Notes under the pieces: model-generated
The model's database searches: none
What the model was told of the DNA's origin: nothing
The model's input: the letters and a program-made list of their open reading frames with translations, nothing else
Part shown: positions 26,789 through 38,002 of the stretch, piece after piece
Layout of the letters: the number at the start of each line of letters is the position of its first letter
How positions within the stretch are numbered: the first letter of the stretch is position 1
Origin: an uncultured Planctomycetia bacterium
GTDB taxonomy: Bacteria; Omnitrophota; Gorgyraeia; Duberdicusellales; Duberdicusellaceae
NCBI GenBank assembly: GCA_964634935.1
Contig: CAZWJT010000002.1
Location: forward strand, 138,643-202,642
Direction: 5' to 3'
DNA: 64,000 nucleotides
Made by a program: the position numbers and the translations under genes

Positions 26789-28447
26789 ATGAGGTCAAGT
26801 ACGATTACTCAAGGCATTGAAAGAACCCCAAATCGGGCGCTTCTTTACGGAACGGGAATTTCTCCAGAGCACTTAAAAAAACCATTGATCGGGATAGCCT
26901 CTTCATTCAGTGATTTAATTCCGGGGCATATCGGAATGCGCGATTTGGAGCGTTTTCTTGAACGAGGCGTAGAGGCAGGGGGAGGAACCCCTTTTATTTT
27001 TGGAGTTCCTGGCATCTGTGATGGAATTGCCATGGGGCATAGCGGTATGAAATATTCGCTATCATCCCGCGAGCTCATTGCGGATATTGTGGAATCGATG
27101 GTAAATGCTTATCAATTGGATGGTTTAGTATTGCTTACAAACTGCGATAAAATTACTCCCGGGATGATCATGGGGGCATTGCGCGTGAACATTCCTTCGA
27201 TAGTTCTTACTGCCGGACCGATGCTTTCGGGGCGATATGGGAAACAAAGGCTCAATCTCATCAGCGCGACTTTTGAGGCAGTTGGTAAGTATCGCAACAA
27301 GGAAATTTCAAGCGACGAACTTGCTTGCCTGGAACAAGAGGCGTGTCCTACCTGCGGGTCATGCCAAGGAATGTATACCGCAAATACCATGGCATGCATT
27401 ACAGAAGCTTTGGGTCTTTCTCTTCCGGGTTGCGCAACGAGTCTGGCTATTTCAAATAAAAAGAGGCGTCTTGCGTATGCGAGCGGGAAAAACGTCGTGG
27501 AGCTTGTTCGGAAAAATATCACACCCCGGATGCTGGTGACGCAAAAAAGCCTAGAGAATGCGATTCGAGTCGATATGGCTTTGGGCGGGTCAACAAATAC
27601 GGTTTTGCACCTTATGGCGATTGCGCATGAGGCTGGAGTGCCGCTTACGCTTCATACCTTTGATCAGCTTAGCCGCGCCACACCCCATATCTGCCACCTA
27701 AATCCCTCTGGGCCGTTTCTGATGGAGGATTTAGATGCAGCTGGAGGAATACCGGCGGTTCTGAAGCGTTTAAGTTCGTTTTTATATGAAGCTCCTACGG
27801 TTGCTGGAATCAGCAATCGGGATGTTATTCAGAACGCGGTTATTTTTGATTCGGAGGTAATTCGATCTTTAGAAAATTCCTATCACAAAGAAGGTGGCAT
27901 TGCAGTGCTCTATGGTAATTTAGCTCCCCAGGGGGCGGTGGTGAAACAAACCGCTGTTGATCCCGAGATGTGTGTTTTTCACGGGAAAGCGAAAGTGTAT
28001 GATACCGAAGAAGCCGCAATGAAGGAAATCCTCGCTGGTAAAATCAACAAAGGCGATGTTGTGGTAATTCGGTATGAAGGTCCTAAGGGGGGTCCCGGTA
28101 TGAGAGAGATGCTTTCGCCAACCGCGGCTATTGCCGGAATGGGACTGCATAAATCAGTTGCCCTTATTACCGATGGGAGATTTTCTGGGGGTACCCGTGG
28201 TCCCTGTGTCGGCCATATCTCTCCGGAAGCAGCCGAAGGGGGATTGCTGAAATTTCTTAAGAACGGAGACAAAATAACGATTGATATTCCGAAAAGAATT
28301 TTGACGGCTGACTTAAGTAACGCTGAGATCCAGAGGCGCAAAAAAACCAAAAAGGTGTTTGCACCGAAAGTTCAGAAAGGATATCTTTGGCGTTATTCGC
28401 AATGGGTTACTTCCGCAGCCACCGGAGCGGTATACCGCGATCGTTAG
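26789..28447 (+). CDS. ilvD: Dihydroxy-acid dehydratase
   Basis: 552 aa. [12 protein letters not shown]…, Fe-S ligand region [18 protein letters not shown]…GRFSGG IlvD/Edd family blocks. Confidence 0.9.
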   Translation: MRSSTITQGIERTPNRALLYGTGISPEHLKKPLIGIASSFSDLIPGHIGMRDLERFLERGVEAGGGTPFIFGVPGICDGIAMGHSGMKYSLSSRELIADIVESMVNAYQLDGLVLLTNCDKITPGMIMGALRVNIPSIVLTAGPMLSGRYGKQRLNLISATFEAVGKYRNKEISSDELACLEQEACPTCGSCQGMYTANTMACITEALGLSLPGCATSLAISNKKRRLAYASGKNVVELVRKNITPRMLVTQKSLENAIRVDMALGGSTNTVLHLMAIAHEAGVPLTLHTFDQLSRATPHICHLNPSGPFLMEDLDAAGGIPAVLKRLSSFLYEAPTVAGISNRDVIQNAVIFDSEVIRSLENSYHKEGGIAVLYGNLAPQGAVVKQTAVDPEMCVFHGKAKVYDTEEAAMKEILAGKINKGDVVVIRYEGPKGGPGMREMLSPTAAIAGMGLHKSVALITDGRFSGGTRGPCVGHISPEAAEGGLLKFLKNGDKITIDIPKRILTADLSNAEIQRRKKTKKVFAPKVQKGYLWRYSQWVTSAATGAVYRDR

Positions 28448-28468
28448 CATATCAAACTCTTCTCTATT

Positions 28469-30745
28469 TTGAGTCGACAGACTTCCTTCGAATCGAGCGG
28501 CTTACATATAGTTTGTCATATGTTTCAGCGTTTTTGGATTCCACAAGACTATCGGTTCGCCCCTAAATTTTTTATGCTTTCTCTTTTTGTGCTCGGGGGA
28601 ACACTCACCGCTTATCAAACTCTTATTTTTAGAAAATTTTTGAGTTTGTTTGGGGGAAGTGAGTTCAACCTTGGTATTCTGTTTGCGGGTTGGCTTTTGA
28701 GCGGAGCATTTGGAGTGTATCTCGGGTACCGATTGAGGCGTTTTTTTTGTCAGAGCGAATTTTTTATTCTGCAGTTTATATTTGGTTTGTGTATTTTTCT
28801 TTGCGGAATCTTATCTTTTTTTATTCCGTATATTAGTGGGAACACTATCGGTGAGAGCGGGAATCTTTTTCAGCTGATTCTTGCTGCTGGATTCATTGTT
28901 TTTCCAGTCACTATTTTTGCGGGATTCTTATTCTCTCTTAGCCTTTCGGTATCTCTTTTTGCTGATGGACACTCGCGTATCACCTTACTTTATGCAAGCG
29001 AAGCGCTTGGTTCAGCTTTGCTTGGTTTTCTGCTTGTTTTCCTCATAATTGACAAGACATCATTTCTCGAGCTTATTTTTCTACTTACGCTGCTGCACAG
29101 CGGACTTTTTTCCGTTGTTTTCCTTAAAAAAAGGGTAAAAACTGTATGTCTTGCTGTTTTTTTTCTTCTTGGAACGATTGGTTTCTTTCACATAAAAAGC
29201 CTCGAATGGTTTTTGATGAAGCTATCGTATAAAGGATATGAGATCGATTTCTTCAAAGAATCACGATACGGTCAAATTTTGCATCTAAGGCGTCATAATC
29301 AAGAAATTTTTCTGGCGAACAATGTTATTGTCAGCATCAAACCCAATAACTTTTTAGCCGCGGAGATTGTGCATCCGGCATTCTTGGCACATTCCGATCC
29401 AAAACGAGTTCTTTTTGTGGGCATTCCTGATCCTGCCGTCATTCGGGAAATGTTAAAATATCCAATAACTACTCTTGATGTTGTTGCGATTGATGCTGTT
29501 CTTGTCAGAAAGCTAACGGAAAACGTAGTTTATCCCGCCTATGTGAATATGCATATTCAAGACCCCCGTGTTTTTCTTGCGCGCTCAGGAGCGCCCTATG
29601 ATCTCATCCTTCTTTCAGTGCCAACTCCGGATAACTTGCAAGCGAATAGGTTTTTTAGCATTGAGTTTTATCGTTTAATCGCCACACGGCTTTGTGCTGA
29701 TGGCATATTTTCGTATAGCGTCTCGGGAGGGGAAAATTTTATTTCATTTCAAAAACAAGTTTTATTGCAAACGATGTATAACTCACTTAAAAAAATATTC
29801 CCTACTGTCACATATATGCCTGGAGAAATCATCCATTTCTTTTCTGGTAAAAATCAAGAGCTTTCCTTGCTTCATTATGACTTATTTGTGCGGCGTTTGC
29901 ATGAGCGTAAAATTCAAGCTTCGGATTTCAATGAATATTTCCTATTTGATCGTTTTTCAAGATTTCGTCAGGATTTTCTTACGGAAAAACTGGAGCAAAA
30001 AATTACCAGCCAACCTCTGATAAATTCGGATTTTTCACCAAATATCTATCTATTTGGATCTGTTCTCAATCTGCTTGAAAAAAGCGGCATCCGGTATCCA
30101 TTGCAATTCATTCTGGAGTACAATGTTATCCGTTCTTTCTTGCTTTTTTCCGTATTTGTTGTTCTGTGCGTTGCCGTTTTTTTGCGCATTGGGCATCGCA
30201 TTCAGTCCATGCGATTCTTTGCGATTTTTCTTATGGGATTTGTGATGATGGGTGTGCAGGTTTTTCTTTTATTTTGTTTTCAGGTCAGCTTTGGTTCTTT
30301 ATTCCATTACCTGGGTTTTTTACTTGTTTCGTTCCTGAGTGGTCTTGCCGGCGGAGGGATTCTCGCCCGAACCCTTACTGTTTATTCTTTGATTTGTCGA
30401 AAAACAATTGCCTTATTCCTTGTGATGTTGCTTTTTTCATTTTTTTTACTTTGCGGGCATTCCGTATTCTTCTTTAATTTTTCTCAATTACCAGTCTGGT
30501 TATTTTTGATTTTTTCTTTCAGCTCAGGTATAATAGGGGGAAGTTTTTTTATCGTTTCCGTGCCAGTAATTGCGACTCAAGATATCATTCAACCGGCCAA
30601 TTCTTCACTTCTCTACGCGGCGGATTTGTTTGGCGCATCTTTTGGGGCACTTTTCTTTGCGACGGTTGTTGTTCCGTTTTTTGGTCTTCAGGGCGCAATG
30701 GGTATTCTTTTGGTTCTCTCGGTAGGTATCCTTTTAACTTCATAG
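28469..30745 (+). CDS. Polytopic membrane protein containing a spermidine synthase-like (PABS) domain between N- and C-terminal multi-TM regions
   Basis: 758 aa. At least 7 N-terminal and 6 C-terminal hydrophobic helices. Central region ESRYGQILHL…VLFVGIPDPAVIREMLKYP…DVVAIDAVLV…DPRVFLARSGAPYDLILLSVPTPDNLQANRFFSIEFYRLIATRLCADGIF follows the SpeE pattern (ESxYQ, GGGDG-position, DxxxxD, DVIIxDxxDP…FYxxxxxxLxxxG). Confidence 0.55.
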   Translation: MSRQTSFESSGLHIVCHMFQRFWIPQDYRFAPKFFMLSLFVLGGTLTAYQTLIFRKFLSLFGGSEFNLGILFAGWLLSGAFGVYLGYRLRRFFCQSEFFILQFIFGLCIFLCGILSFFIPYISGNTIGESGNLFQLILAAGFIVFPVTIFAGFLFSLSLSVSLFADGHSRITLLYASEALGSALLGFLLVFLIIDKTSFLELIFLLTLLHSGLFSVVFLKKRVKTVCLAVFFLLGTIGFFHIKSLEWFLMKLSYKGYEIDFFKESRYGQILHLRRHNQEIFLANNVIVSIKPNNFLAAEIVHPAFLAHSDPKRVLFVGIPDPAVIREMLKYPITTLDVVAIDAVLVRKLTENVVYPAYVNMHIQDPRVFLARSGAPYDLILLSVPTPDNLQANRFFSIEFYRLIATRLCADGIFSYSVSGGENFISFQKQVLLQTMYNSLKKIFPTVTYMPGEIIHFFSGKNQELSLLHYDLFVRRLHERKIQASDFNEYFLFDRFSRFRQDFLTEKLEQKITSQPLINSDFSPNIYLFGSVLNLLEKSGIRYPLQFILEYNVIRSFLLFSVFVVLCVAVFLRIGHRIQSMRFFAIFLMGFVMMGVQVFLLFCFQVSFGSLFHYLGFLLVSFLSGLAGGGILARTLTVYSLICRKTIALFLVMLLFSFFLLCGHSVFFFNFSQLPVWLFLIFSFSSGIIGGSFFIVSVPVIATQDIIQPANSSLLYAADLFGASFGALFFATVVVPFFGLQGAMGILLVLSVGILLTS

Positions 30746-30746
30746 T

Positions 30747-33539
30747 ATGATGAATACAGATTCTATCGTTTTGCGTGGTGCTCGCGAGCACAATTTAAAA
30801 AACATCAACCTGCGATTTCCACGAAATAAACTGATCGTTGTGACCGGGATGTCTGGATCGGGAAAATCTTCGCTTGTTTTTGACACTTTGTATGCCGAGG
30901 GTCAGCGGCGCTATATCGAAAGTCTCTCTGCGTACGCGCGGCAATTCCTTGAACAATATAAAAAACCTGATTTTGACCACATAGAAGGGTTATCTCCTGC
31001 GATTGCAATCGACCAGAGAACCGCTGGAGGTTCACCTCGGTCCGTAGTCGGTACACAAACGGAGATTTACGATTATCTTCGTCTGCTTTTCGCACGCGCA
31101 GGAGAAGTTCATTGTGCCCGTTGTGGTGAGCGGATTACTCAATATTCTCTCGATGAACTCCTCGCCTATGTTTTTGAGAACTTTTCCGGAAAAAAATTGC
31201 GTATTTTATCCCCGGTCATTTGCGGTAAGAAAGGAACTCATTTGCAGATTTTTGAAATGCTCCGCCGAGAAGGATTTTTGCGGGTGTTGGTTAACGGACA
31301 AGAATACGCTCTTGATTCTCTCCCGAAACTTGAACGGTACAAAAACCATACCATTGAGATCATTGTTGATAGAATTCAAGTTGAATCTAAAGATCGTTCA
31401 CGAATTGCTTCTTCGTTGGAACTCGCTGCGCATTACTCGAAGGGGGTGATTGTTTTTGCGGTAGAAGGCACTGCAAAAAAAACCGTATTAAATACAAAGT
31501 TTTTCTGCGTTCACTGCGGCATGGGCATACCGGAATTGGAGCCGAGAATGTTTTCTTTTAATTCACCCTATGGGGCTTGTCCGCTTTGCAAGGGGCTTGG
31601 GATAAAGCTTGAATTTGATCCTGAACGAGTTGTTCCGAATCCCTCCTTGAGTCTTCGAGAGGGAGCTTTAGCTCCATGGAGGAAGGGTTCACGTGGGTAT
31701 ATTATGTATTACCGGAGCATACTTGCTTCTGTGGCCAATAGACTGGGCATTGACCGAGATATTCCTTTTTTTAGACTTTCCCAAAAGATTCGACATACTC
31801 TTTTATACGGAAGCGAATCGCTTGAGGTCTGGGGGAGAAAGTTTGAAGGAGTTATTCCGCATCTAGAGCGTCTCCTGCGTACGACAACCAGCGAATACGT
31901 AAAGGGTGAAATTTCTCATTTTATGTCAACAAAGCCGTGTTCCCTTTGTGAAGGCAAGAGGTTGCGGAAGGAGTCATTGGCAGTTTTTGTCGGAGGAAAA
32001 TCAATCTGGGATATTATGGAGTTGTCCATCGCCGATGCCTCGCGTTTTTTTGAACAACTCCATTTTTTTCCCTATCAAGAAAAAATCGCTGCTCCTATCA
32101 TCAAGGAAATTCAGGCAAAACTGACCTTTTGTTTGTCGCTCGGTTTAGAATATCTCGCGTTGAACCGGCTCAGTTCTACTCTTTCGGGAGGCGAAGCTCA
32201 GCGGATCAAGCTTGCAACGCAGCTTGGTTCGTATTTGTGTGGGGTATTGTATATTCTTGATGAACCTACTGTTGGTCTTCATGCCCGGGATACGAAAAAA
32301 CTCATTGATATTTTATTGATGCTTCGGGATCTCGGGAATACCGTGCTTGTCGTTGAACATGACGCGCAGGTGATTCGTTCGGCCGATTGGATCGTTGATT
32401 TGGGGCCCGGAGCCGGCGAAATGGGAGGAGAGATTATTTTTAGCGATCAGGCCGATCGTTTTACCCAATCCCATTCATTAACTGCGCAGTATATGGTAGG
32501 CACCAAAAGAATCGAGAAACCAGCGAGACGGCGGAGCTATAAAGAAAGAAAACAATTGGTCATTGAGCGGGCTGACGCGAATAACCTTAAAAATATTGAC
32601 GTTAAAATTCCGCTTGGAGTTTTTTGCTGTGTAACTGGAGTTTCCGGTTCTGGAAAGTCAACTTTGGTAGACGATGTTTTGTGTAAAAATATCCGGGCAG
32701 CCCGGACGCATAAGCGCTTTCATGGTTGTTTGCGGTTATTAAATAGCGAATTCATCGACGATCTCGTTATGGTCGATCAGTCGCCGATAGGCAGGACTCC
32801 GCGTTCCAATCCAGCAACGTATACTGGTTTATTTTCATTGATCCGTTCACTCTTTTCTGAGTTGCCGCTTGCCAAATCAAAAGGATTTCAGCCCTCTCGA
32901 TTTAGCTTCAACGTTCGTGGCGGTAGATGTGAGGCATGTTCCGGTGAAGGGATTCGGCAGATTGCGATGCATTTTTTGCCCGATGTTCATGTCCAATGCG
33001 AAGTATGTTCCGGAAAACGTTTTAATTCAGAGACACTCGAAGTGAAATTTAAGGGGTATTCTATCAGTGACATTCTGGATCTTTCAGTTGGAAAAGCCTG
33101 CAAATTATTCGAAAATATTCCACGTATCATGAAAATTCTCCAAACACTTTCTGACGTTGGTCTTGGGTATATTGCTTTGGGTCAAGCCGCCACCACGCTT
33201 TCGGGAGGAGAGGCTCAACGGGTAAAGCTTTCAAAATATCTTCGCGAACGAGCAAGTACTCAAACGTTATATGTCCTTGATGAACCGACCACGGGATTAC
33301 ACTTTGAAGACGTCAGCAAACTTCTGAATATTCTCAATCGCCTCGTTGAGAAAGGCAACACCGTCTTGGTCATTGAACATAATCTTGACGTTATTGCATA
33401 TGCAGACTATATTATAGATCTTGGTCCAGAAGGAGGAGACCGGGGAGGATTTCTCGTTGGCACTGGTTCTCCGGAAGAACTCATGGAGGTGAATGCTTCA
33501 TATACTGGAAAGTTTTTACGTACAAAAGGTGGATTGTAA
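30747..33539 (+). CDS. uvrA: Excinuclease ABC subunit A
   Basis: 930 aa. Two ABC modules ([23 protein letters not shown]…, [13 protein letters not shown]…), ABC signatures [12 protein letters not shown] / [12 protein letters not shown], zinc-finger Cys clusters. Confidence 0.95.
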   Translation: MMNTDSIVLRGAREHNLKNINLRFPRNKLIVVTGMSGSGKSSLVFDTLYAEGQRRYIESLSAYARQFLEQYKKPDFDHIEGLSPAIAIDQRTAGGSPRSVVGTQTEIYDYLRLLFARAGEVHCARCGERITQYSLDELLAYVFENFSGKKLRILSPVICGKKGTHLQIFEMLRREGFLRVLVNGQEYALDSLPKLERYKNHTIEIIVDRIQVESKDRSRIASSLELAAHYSKGVIVFAVEGTAKKTVLNTKFFCVHCGMGIPELEPRMFSFNSPYGACPLCKGLGIKLEFDPERVVPNPSLSLREGALAPWRKGSRGYIMYYRSILASVANRLGIDRDIPFFRLSQKIRHTLLYGSESLEVWGRKFEGVIPHLERLLRTTTSEYVKGEISHFMSTKPCSLCEGKRLRKESLAVFVGGKSIWDIMELSIADASRFFEQLHFFPYQEKIAAPIIKEIQAKLTFCLSLGLEYLALNRLSSTLSGGEAQRIKLATQLGSYLCGVLYILDEPTVGLHARDTKKLIDILLMLRDLGNTVLVVEHDAQVIRSADWIVDLGPGAGEMGGEIIFSDQADRFTQSHSLTAQYMVGTKRIEKPARRRSYKERKQLVIERADANNLKNIDVKIPLGVFCCVTGVSGSGKSTLVDDVLCKNIRAARTHKRFHGCLRLLNSEFIDDLVMVDQSPIGRTPRSNPATYTGLFSLIRSLFSELPLAKSKGFQPSRFSFNVRGGRCEACSGEGIRQIAMHFLPDVHVQCEVCSGKRFNSETLEVKFKGYSISDILDLSVGKACKLFENIPRIMKILQTLSDVGLGYIALGQAATTLSGGEAQRVKLSKYLRERASTQTLYVLDEPTTGLHFEDVSKLLNILNRLVEKGNTVLVIEHNLDVIAYADYIIDLGPEGGDRGGFLVGTGSPEELMEVNASYTGKFLRTKGGL

Positions 33540-33541
33540 CG

Positions 33542-35938
33542 ATGAAAAAATTTCTCATTTTGTTCTTGCTCCTGATTTCCGCTTTTGCTTTTGCGTCTGA
33601 AGATGAAGATTATTTTGTGGCATGCAAAGCCTATTCGGACACTTTCTATGACGCTTCGTTGAAGCTTTTTACTGATTTTGTGGAGAAGTACCCACAAAGC
33701 CAGAAAAAAGCGCAAGCAAAGCTTTTTATCGCAAAATCCCTGTTTCAAAAGAATGATTTTCAGCATGCCCTGGAATTGCTTACGGAAATGTCAGCTCAGC
33801 CAGAGTTTGAGTCTTTCCAAGACGAAATTTTATATTTTTTGGCTCAGATAGACATTAAAGCGAAAAAATTCACTGCGGCTCAAGAAAAATTGGAAAATTT
33901 CATTCGGGATTACCCGCAATCAAAATTATACTGGTGGGGAATCTATGCGCTTGGTTTTTGCCACTTTGAAAATGGACAATTCAGTAATGCCGAGAACTAT
34001 TTTTTTGATGTTGCCCGGCGATCGCCGGATACCTCTCTTCAGGAAGATGCATTTTTTAATCTTTCCGCAATCTACTACAAAAATTCCGCATACGATAAGC
34101 TCACCGATGTTATTAGTCTTTGGTTTACAAAAATTCCTGATACAAAACGCCAGGATTACGTTTACTTTTATCTCGGCGAGATCAAATATTCGCAAAAGAA
34201 ATTCCTTGAAGCAGTATCGTACTATGAACGCGCTTTGGCAAACACACAAGAAGAATCTTTGAAGGATCTTGTGACACAGAGCATGGGTTGGTGCTACTTG
34301 AAACAGAACGATTTTGTTCAAGCTGAGGCTTTGTTTCGCAAATTACGCAAGGAAGAGTTTCAGCTCTATTCTTTCGGTAATCTTGCCCTTTCGACCTCAA
34401 ATTTTTCCAATGCAATCGACTATTTCGACAATTTTTTAAAAAAATTTCCCCAAAGCCAATTTCTCTATAGTGTTTATCTTGCAAAAGCCGATGCGCTTTA
34501 TAAAAGCGGCAGAATCAATGATGCACTTTCTCTCTATACATTTATTTTGAAGAATTCATCGCAAATACGCGACCCGCAAATTATAAACGATGCGTATGTT
34601 GGGCAAGGCTGGTGTTATTTAAAGCAGTCGAAGTTCGAAGAGGCAGTTGAGCGGTTTCAGAATCTTGCTGCATCTTCCGATGATAAGGTTGTTCAGATGA
34701 GCGCACAGGTTCAAGCGGCTCAAGTATATCAAGACCAAGGGAAACTCAAAGAGGCAATCGAACTTTACTCGGAAATTCTCCGGAAATGGCCTCAAAACAT
34801 TTATAGCGATTACATCTCCTTCCAAATCGCTCTCTGTTTATTGAAAAATAACGATATTGAAGCTGCCCTGATTGCCTTTCGTGCCCTTGAACAAAATTTT
34901 CCCAGTTCGTCGCTCATTGACGATGCCCAATATTATATTGCGCTCTGCTATTACACAGCGGAAGCATGGGATGATCTGCGCATCTCCTGTGAGAGCTTTC
35001 TTAGGAAATTTCCGGAAAATCCTTTAAGCCGTGAAGTGTACTTGCTTTATCTGGATGCATTTGCTGGATTGGGGAATAAAAAAGATTTCATGAGAACCGC
35101 TGGGCAGATTGAAGGTTTATTCCGGAGCGATATCAATTTTTTGAAGAGATTCCAGGTGCGCAAGGCATTATCGTTTGTCTCACTCGGTGATGATCTGGGT
35201 GCGATAGACATACTCAGAAAACTCGTCGATAGCCCCTCAAAGGAAGGAGAAACACCAGAAGTTTTTTATTATCTGGCGGGAATTTTTTATAAAAACAAGG
35301 ATTTTGCGAACGCAAAAAAGTATTACAATGCTTTAATTGAAAAATTCCCGGACGATATCTACGCTGGTGATGCTGCGTATAATCTTGCTCAGATTGCAGT
35401 GGAGGAGCGTGATTTGGCACTCGCCGAACGCATACTTCAAAAACTTGTACATTCAAAGAATGAAAAGCATTCCTATCAATCAAAAATTGCGCTTATGGAC
35501 CTTATGCTCCAAAAAAAAGATTTTGCGAATGCAATTTCTCTCGGAATGCTCATGCTTAAGAAAAATATACAGCCCAGAAATTTTATTCTCTATAAGCTAG
35601 GCGTGATTTATGACGCAATGAATGAATATGAACAGGCGATTGATTATTTTCGTCGTGCGTCAGCTGAAGGATTTAACGAACCAGAGTTAAAATATTTTTT
35701 GGCTCGCGATTTTGAGCAAACCGGGAGAATTGATGATGCAATAAAGTTATACTTTGATATAATATACCAGGAAAATAATGACTATACAATCCGTTCATTG
35801 ATTCAATTAGGGAAAATTTATGAAGGAAAAAAGTTCTATGCCGATGCTTTGGTGGTATATCGAAAACTTCAAGATTTGCAATGTGAAGAGTCAAAATATG
35901 CAGAACAAAAAATCAAAGAACTGGAGCAAAAAAAGTAG
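33542..35938 (+). CDS. Secreted multi-TPR repeat protein
   Basis: 798 aa. Signal peptide MKKFLILFLLLISAFAFA. More than 15 TPR-like 34-aa units (recurring W-x-x-LG-x-x-Y / A-x-x-x-F-x-x-x-x-x-x-P patterns). Immediately upstream of exbB. Confidence 0.75.
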   Translation: MKKFLILFLLLISAFAFASEDEDYFVACKAYSDTFYDASLKLFTDFVEKYPQSQKKAQAKLFIAKSLFQKNDFQHALELLTEMSAQPEFESFQDEILYFLAQIDIKAKKFTAAQEKLENFIRDYPQSKLYWWGIYALGFCHFENGQFSNAENYFFDVARRSPDTSLQEDAFFNLSAIYYKNSAYDKLTDVISLWFTKIPDTKRQDYVYFYLGEIKYSQKKFLEAVSYYERALANTQEESLKDLVTQSMGWCYLKQNDFVQAEALFRKLRKEEFQLYSFGNLALSTSNFSNAIDYFDNFLKKFPQSQFLYSVYLAKADALYKSGRINDALSLYTFILKNSSQIRDPQIINDAYVGQGWCYLKQSKFEEAVERFQNLAASSDDKVVQMSAQVQAAQVYQDQGKLKEAIELYSEILRKWPQNIYSDYISFQIALCLLKNNDIEAALIAFRALEQNFPSSSLIDDAQYYIALCYYTAEAWDDLRISCESFLRKFPENPLSREVYLLYLDAFAGLGNKKDFMRTAGQIEGLFRSDINFLKRFQVRKALSFVSLGDDLGAIDILRKLVDSPSKEGETPEVFYYLAGIFYKNKDFANAKKYYNALIEKFPDDIYAGDAAYNLAQIAVEERDLALAERILQKLVHSKNEKHSYQSKIALMDLMLQKKDFANAISLGMLMLKKNIQPRNFILYKLGVIYDAMNEYEQAIDYFRRASAEGFNEPELKYFLARDFEQTGRIDDAIKLYFDIIYQENNDYTIRSLIQLGKIYEGKKFYADALVVYRKLQDLQCEESKYAEQKIKELEQKK

Positions 35939-35959
35939 GATTAATGAAAAGGAGGAGAT

Positions 35960-36598
35960 ATGATTTCGATTTTGGCAAAAGGGGGCTGGGTAATGTACCC
36001 GATCATTCTTTGTTCGATTTTTGCCCTTGCGATAATTCTTGAGCGTCTTTACTTTTATCATTCTGTAATCCGCCTTAATACGAAAGATTTTTTTACTCGG
36101 ATAGCCGAATATGTCCGCAAATTGAGAATTAAAGAGTCTGTTGATCTTTGTGAAGCGCATCCGACGCCCTTGACAAATGTGCTCAAAGTTGTATTGCTTC
36201 ACTACGATCAACCGAAAGAACTCATTAAAGAAGAAACCGAAGAGGCTTCCTTATACGAAATACCAAAACTCGAGAAAAATTTGCGTGGCCTGGCTACCAT
36301 TGCGCATGTTTCGCCACTCTTGGGGCTTTTAGGGACAGTTACCGGAATGGTAAAGTGTTTTAAAGCTATTGAAAAATCAGCCCAAGAGCTGGGAAGCGTT
36401 AATCCCGCGGTTCTTGCCGGTGGTATCTGGGAAGCGTTAATTACAACGGTTGCGGGCTTAATCGTAGCTATACCCGCATTTATTGCCTACAACTATTTTA
36501 TTAGCAGAGTAAATACATCAATTATACAGATGGAACGTCTCTCGGGAGAACTTTTAGGGCTTGTTTCAGATGCACGGAGTCGGTCAGGTGAGGTTTAA
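35960..36598 (+). CDS. exbB: MotA/TolQ/ExbB-family proton-channel protein
   Basis: 212 aa, three TM helices, conserved …LATIAHVSPLLGLLGTVTGM…AIPA… pattern of the MotA_ExbB family. Confidence 0.8.
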   Translation: MISILAKGGWVMYPIILCSIFALAIILERLYFYHSVIRLNTKDFFTRIAEYVRKLRIKESVDLCEAHPTPLTNVLKVVLLHYDQPKELIKEETEEASLYEIPKLEKNLRGLATIAHVSPLLGLLGTVTGMVKCFKAIEKSAQELGSVNPAVLAGGIWEALITTVAGLIVAIPAFIAYNYFISRVNTSIIQMERLSGELLGLVSDARSRSGEV

Positions 36599-36995
36599 GC
36601 GACACTTAAGTGAAGAATTTGGTTTGCAACAGATCGATATCGCTCCTTTGATCGATATCGTATTTCAGCTTCTTATTTTTTTCATGCTTACCTCTGGTTT
36701 TATTGTTCAACCGGGTATCCGTATTGATTTACCGGCAGCCGTTTCGAGTGAAAACCTGGGTCGTGAACGTTTTACCTTGGTTGTATCATCGGAAGATTTG
36801 TTGTATCTTAATGGAAAGTTTATCACTGATACCGATTTAAAAAAACTTCTTTCTTCGAACAAAACGAGAATTAAATCCGTTTTCATCAAAGGCGACAAAA
36901 AGGCAAGCCTCGGGCGAGTGGTACGGATCTGGGATATTTGTAAATCAGCCGGGATTGAGGCGGTCAATGTTGCGACTGCGAGTGAACAAAATTAG
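36570..36995 (+). CDS. exbD: ExbD/TolR-family biopolymer transport protein
   Basis: IDIAPLIDIVFQLLIFFML single TM followed by a periplasmic domain. Alternative starts are TTG 36561 and GTG 36588. Overlaps the exbB stop. Confidence 0.8.
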   Translation: MHGVGQVRFKRHLSEEFGLQQIDIAPLIDIVFQLLIFFMLTSGFIVQPGIRIDLPAAVSSENLGRERFTLVVSSEDLLYLNGKFITDTDLKKLLSSNKTRIKSVFIKGDKKASLGRVVRIWDICKSAGIEAVNVATASEQN

Positions 36996-37548
36996 TTTTT
37001 TCTGGTTTTTTTTGTTTTCTTTTTTTCTCCACTATCTTTGTGTAAAGAACATTCATCTGAGAGTTTCCTCCTCGCGTAGATTAGCTCGCATTTTTTCTCA
37101 CGGTGCCATTCTTCAGCCGCAAGAACTAAATAAAAAAATGATAAAAAAAAGGGATTTGGGAAGATTAATCCAGCCTTTAACCGGTGAATTTGTTGGGATG
37201 CGTGAGAATTTTTTTCGAGCAAGTCGTTCACTATGGTTTGCCTCAGTAAGCCTAAAAAATAACTGGCATCCCGATCTCGAATTTCTCGAATCTCCATATT
37301 CGGCTAATCCATGTACGCTTTTTATGGGGGATTCCGAAACTCTAAAGATTCCAAAAATAGGGGACGGGTTTACGAAAACTTATGTTATCGAACTGTTTAT
37401 TTCTCCAGCAGGCAATGTCATTTTTTTTAAAAGCAAGAATCATATTCTCGATGTTGAATCGTTCAAACAAATGACAAGTTTTATCCAGAATATATTTTTC
37501 AAACCAACAGGAAAATATTTCTGGACACAGTTACGCGTGATGCTATAA
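36955..37548 (+). CDS. Membrane-anchored hypothetical protein, possibly a divergent TonB-like C-terminal domain protein lacking a Pro-rich spacer
   Basis: N-terminal TM ISFFWFFLFSFFLHYL. C-terminal PKIGDGFTKTYVIELFISPAGNVIFFKS…LDVESFKQMTSFIQNIFFKP loosely follows the TonB_C pattern (…G.V.v.f.v..dG.v…LD.aa..av..w.f.P). Position after exbBD supports the call. Confidence 0.3.
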   Translation: MRRSMLRLRVNKISFFWFFLFSFFLHYLCVKNIHLRVSSSRRLARIFSHGAILQPQELNKKMIKKRDLGRLIQPLTGEFVGMRENFFRASRSLWFASVSLKNNWHPDLEFLESPYSANPCTLFMGDSETLKIPKIGDGFTKTYVIELFISPAGNVIFFKSKNHILDVESFKQMTSFIQNIFFKPTGKYFWTQLRVML

Positions 37549-37775
37549 TGATTGTAATTGATTTTGAGCTTTTGCTTGCAATATACCTTGGGATTTGGAT
37601 CGTAGTAATGTTTTTGTTCTTTTGTAACGAACGTTATCCAGCTGAGCATGAATCTTTTTCCGCTCGGAAAAAGATTATTTGGCATTGTGCAACATGCATG
37701 TACACATATATTTTGAGTCGAGAGAGTTCGTTAAGTCGGTGTCCAATTTGTGGTAGTTTAAACAAAAAAGCATAG
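37548..37775 (+). CDS. Small membrane protein with C-terminal CxxC…CxxC zinc-ribbon
   Basis: 75 aa. TM LLLAIYLGIWIVVMFLFF followed by WHCATC…RCPICG. Start is the ATG at 37548, which overlaps the upstream stop TAA (37546-37548) in a TAATG arrangement. Confidence 0.4.
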   Translation: MIVIDFELLLAIYLGIWIVVMFLFFCNERYPAEHESFSARKKIIWHCATCMYTYILSRESSLSRCPICGSLNKKA

Positions 37776-37777
37776 GC

Positions 37778-38002
37778 ATGGTTACTCAGATTGGAATAGT
37801 AGCTGGAGAAATATGGCATTATCTTGATCAGCAAGGCTTATCTTCCGTCGACAATTTATTGCGCGACCTTCAACATCCAAAAGAAGTTATTTATATGAGC
37901 CTCGGATGGCTAGCGCGAGAAGGGCATATTATTTTACGTCGCTCAGAGAACTCATTTGTAACTTGCTTACGGGAAAAATACCATGGTGAACCAGACGCGT
38001 AA
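37778..38002 (+). CDS. Small winged-helix protein, DUF2582-like (…GEIWHYL…LGWLAREGHI…)
   Basis: 74 aa. Motif resemblance to the wHTH DUF2582 family (GxIWxxL…GWLAREGKI). Confidence 0.4.
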   Translation: MVTQIGIVAGEIWHYLDQQGLSSVDNLLRDLQHPKEVIYMSLGWLAREGHIILRRSENSFVTCLREKYHGEPDA

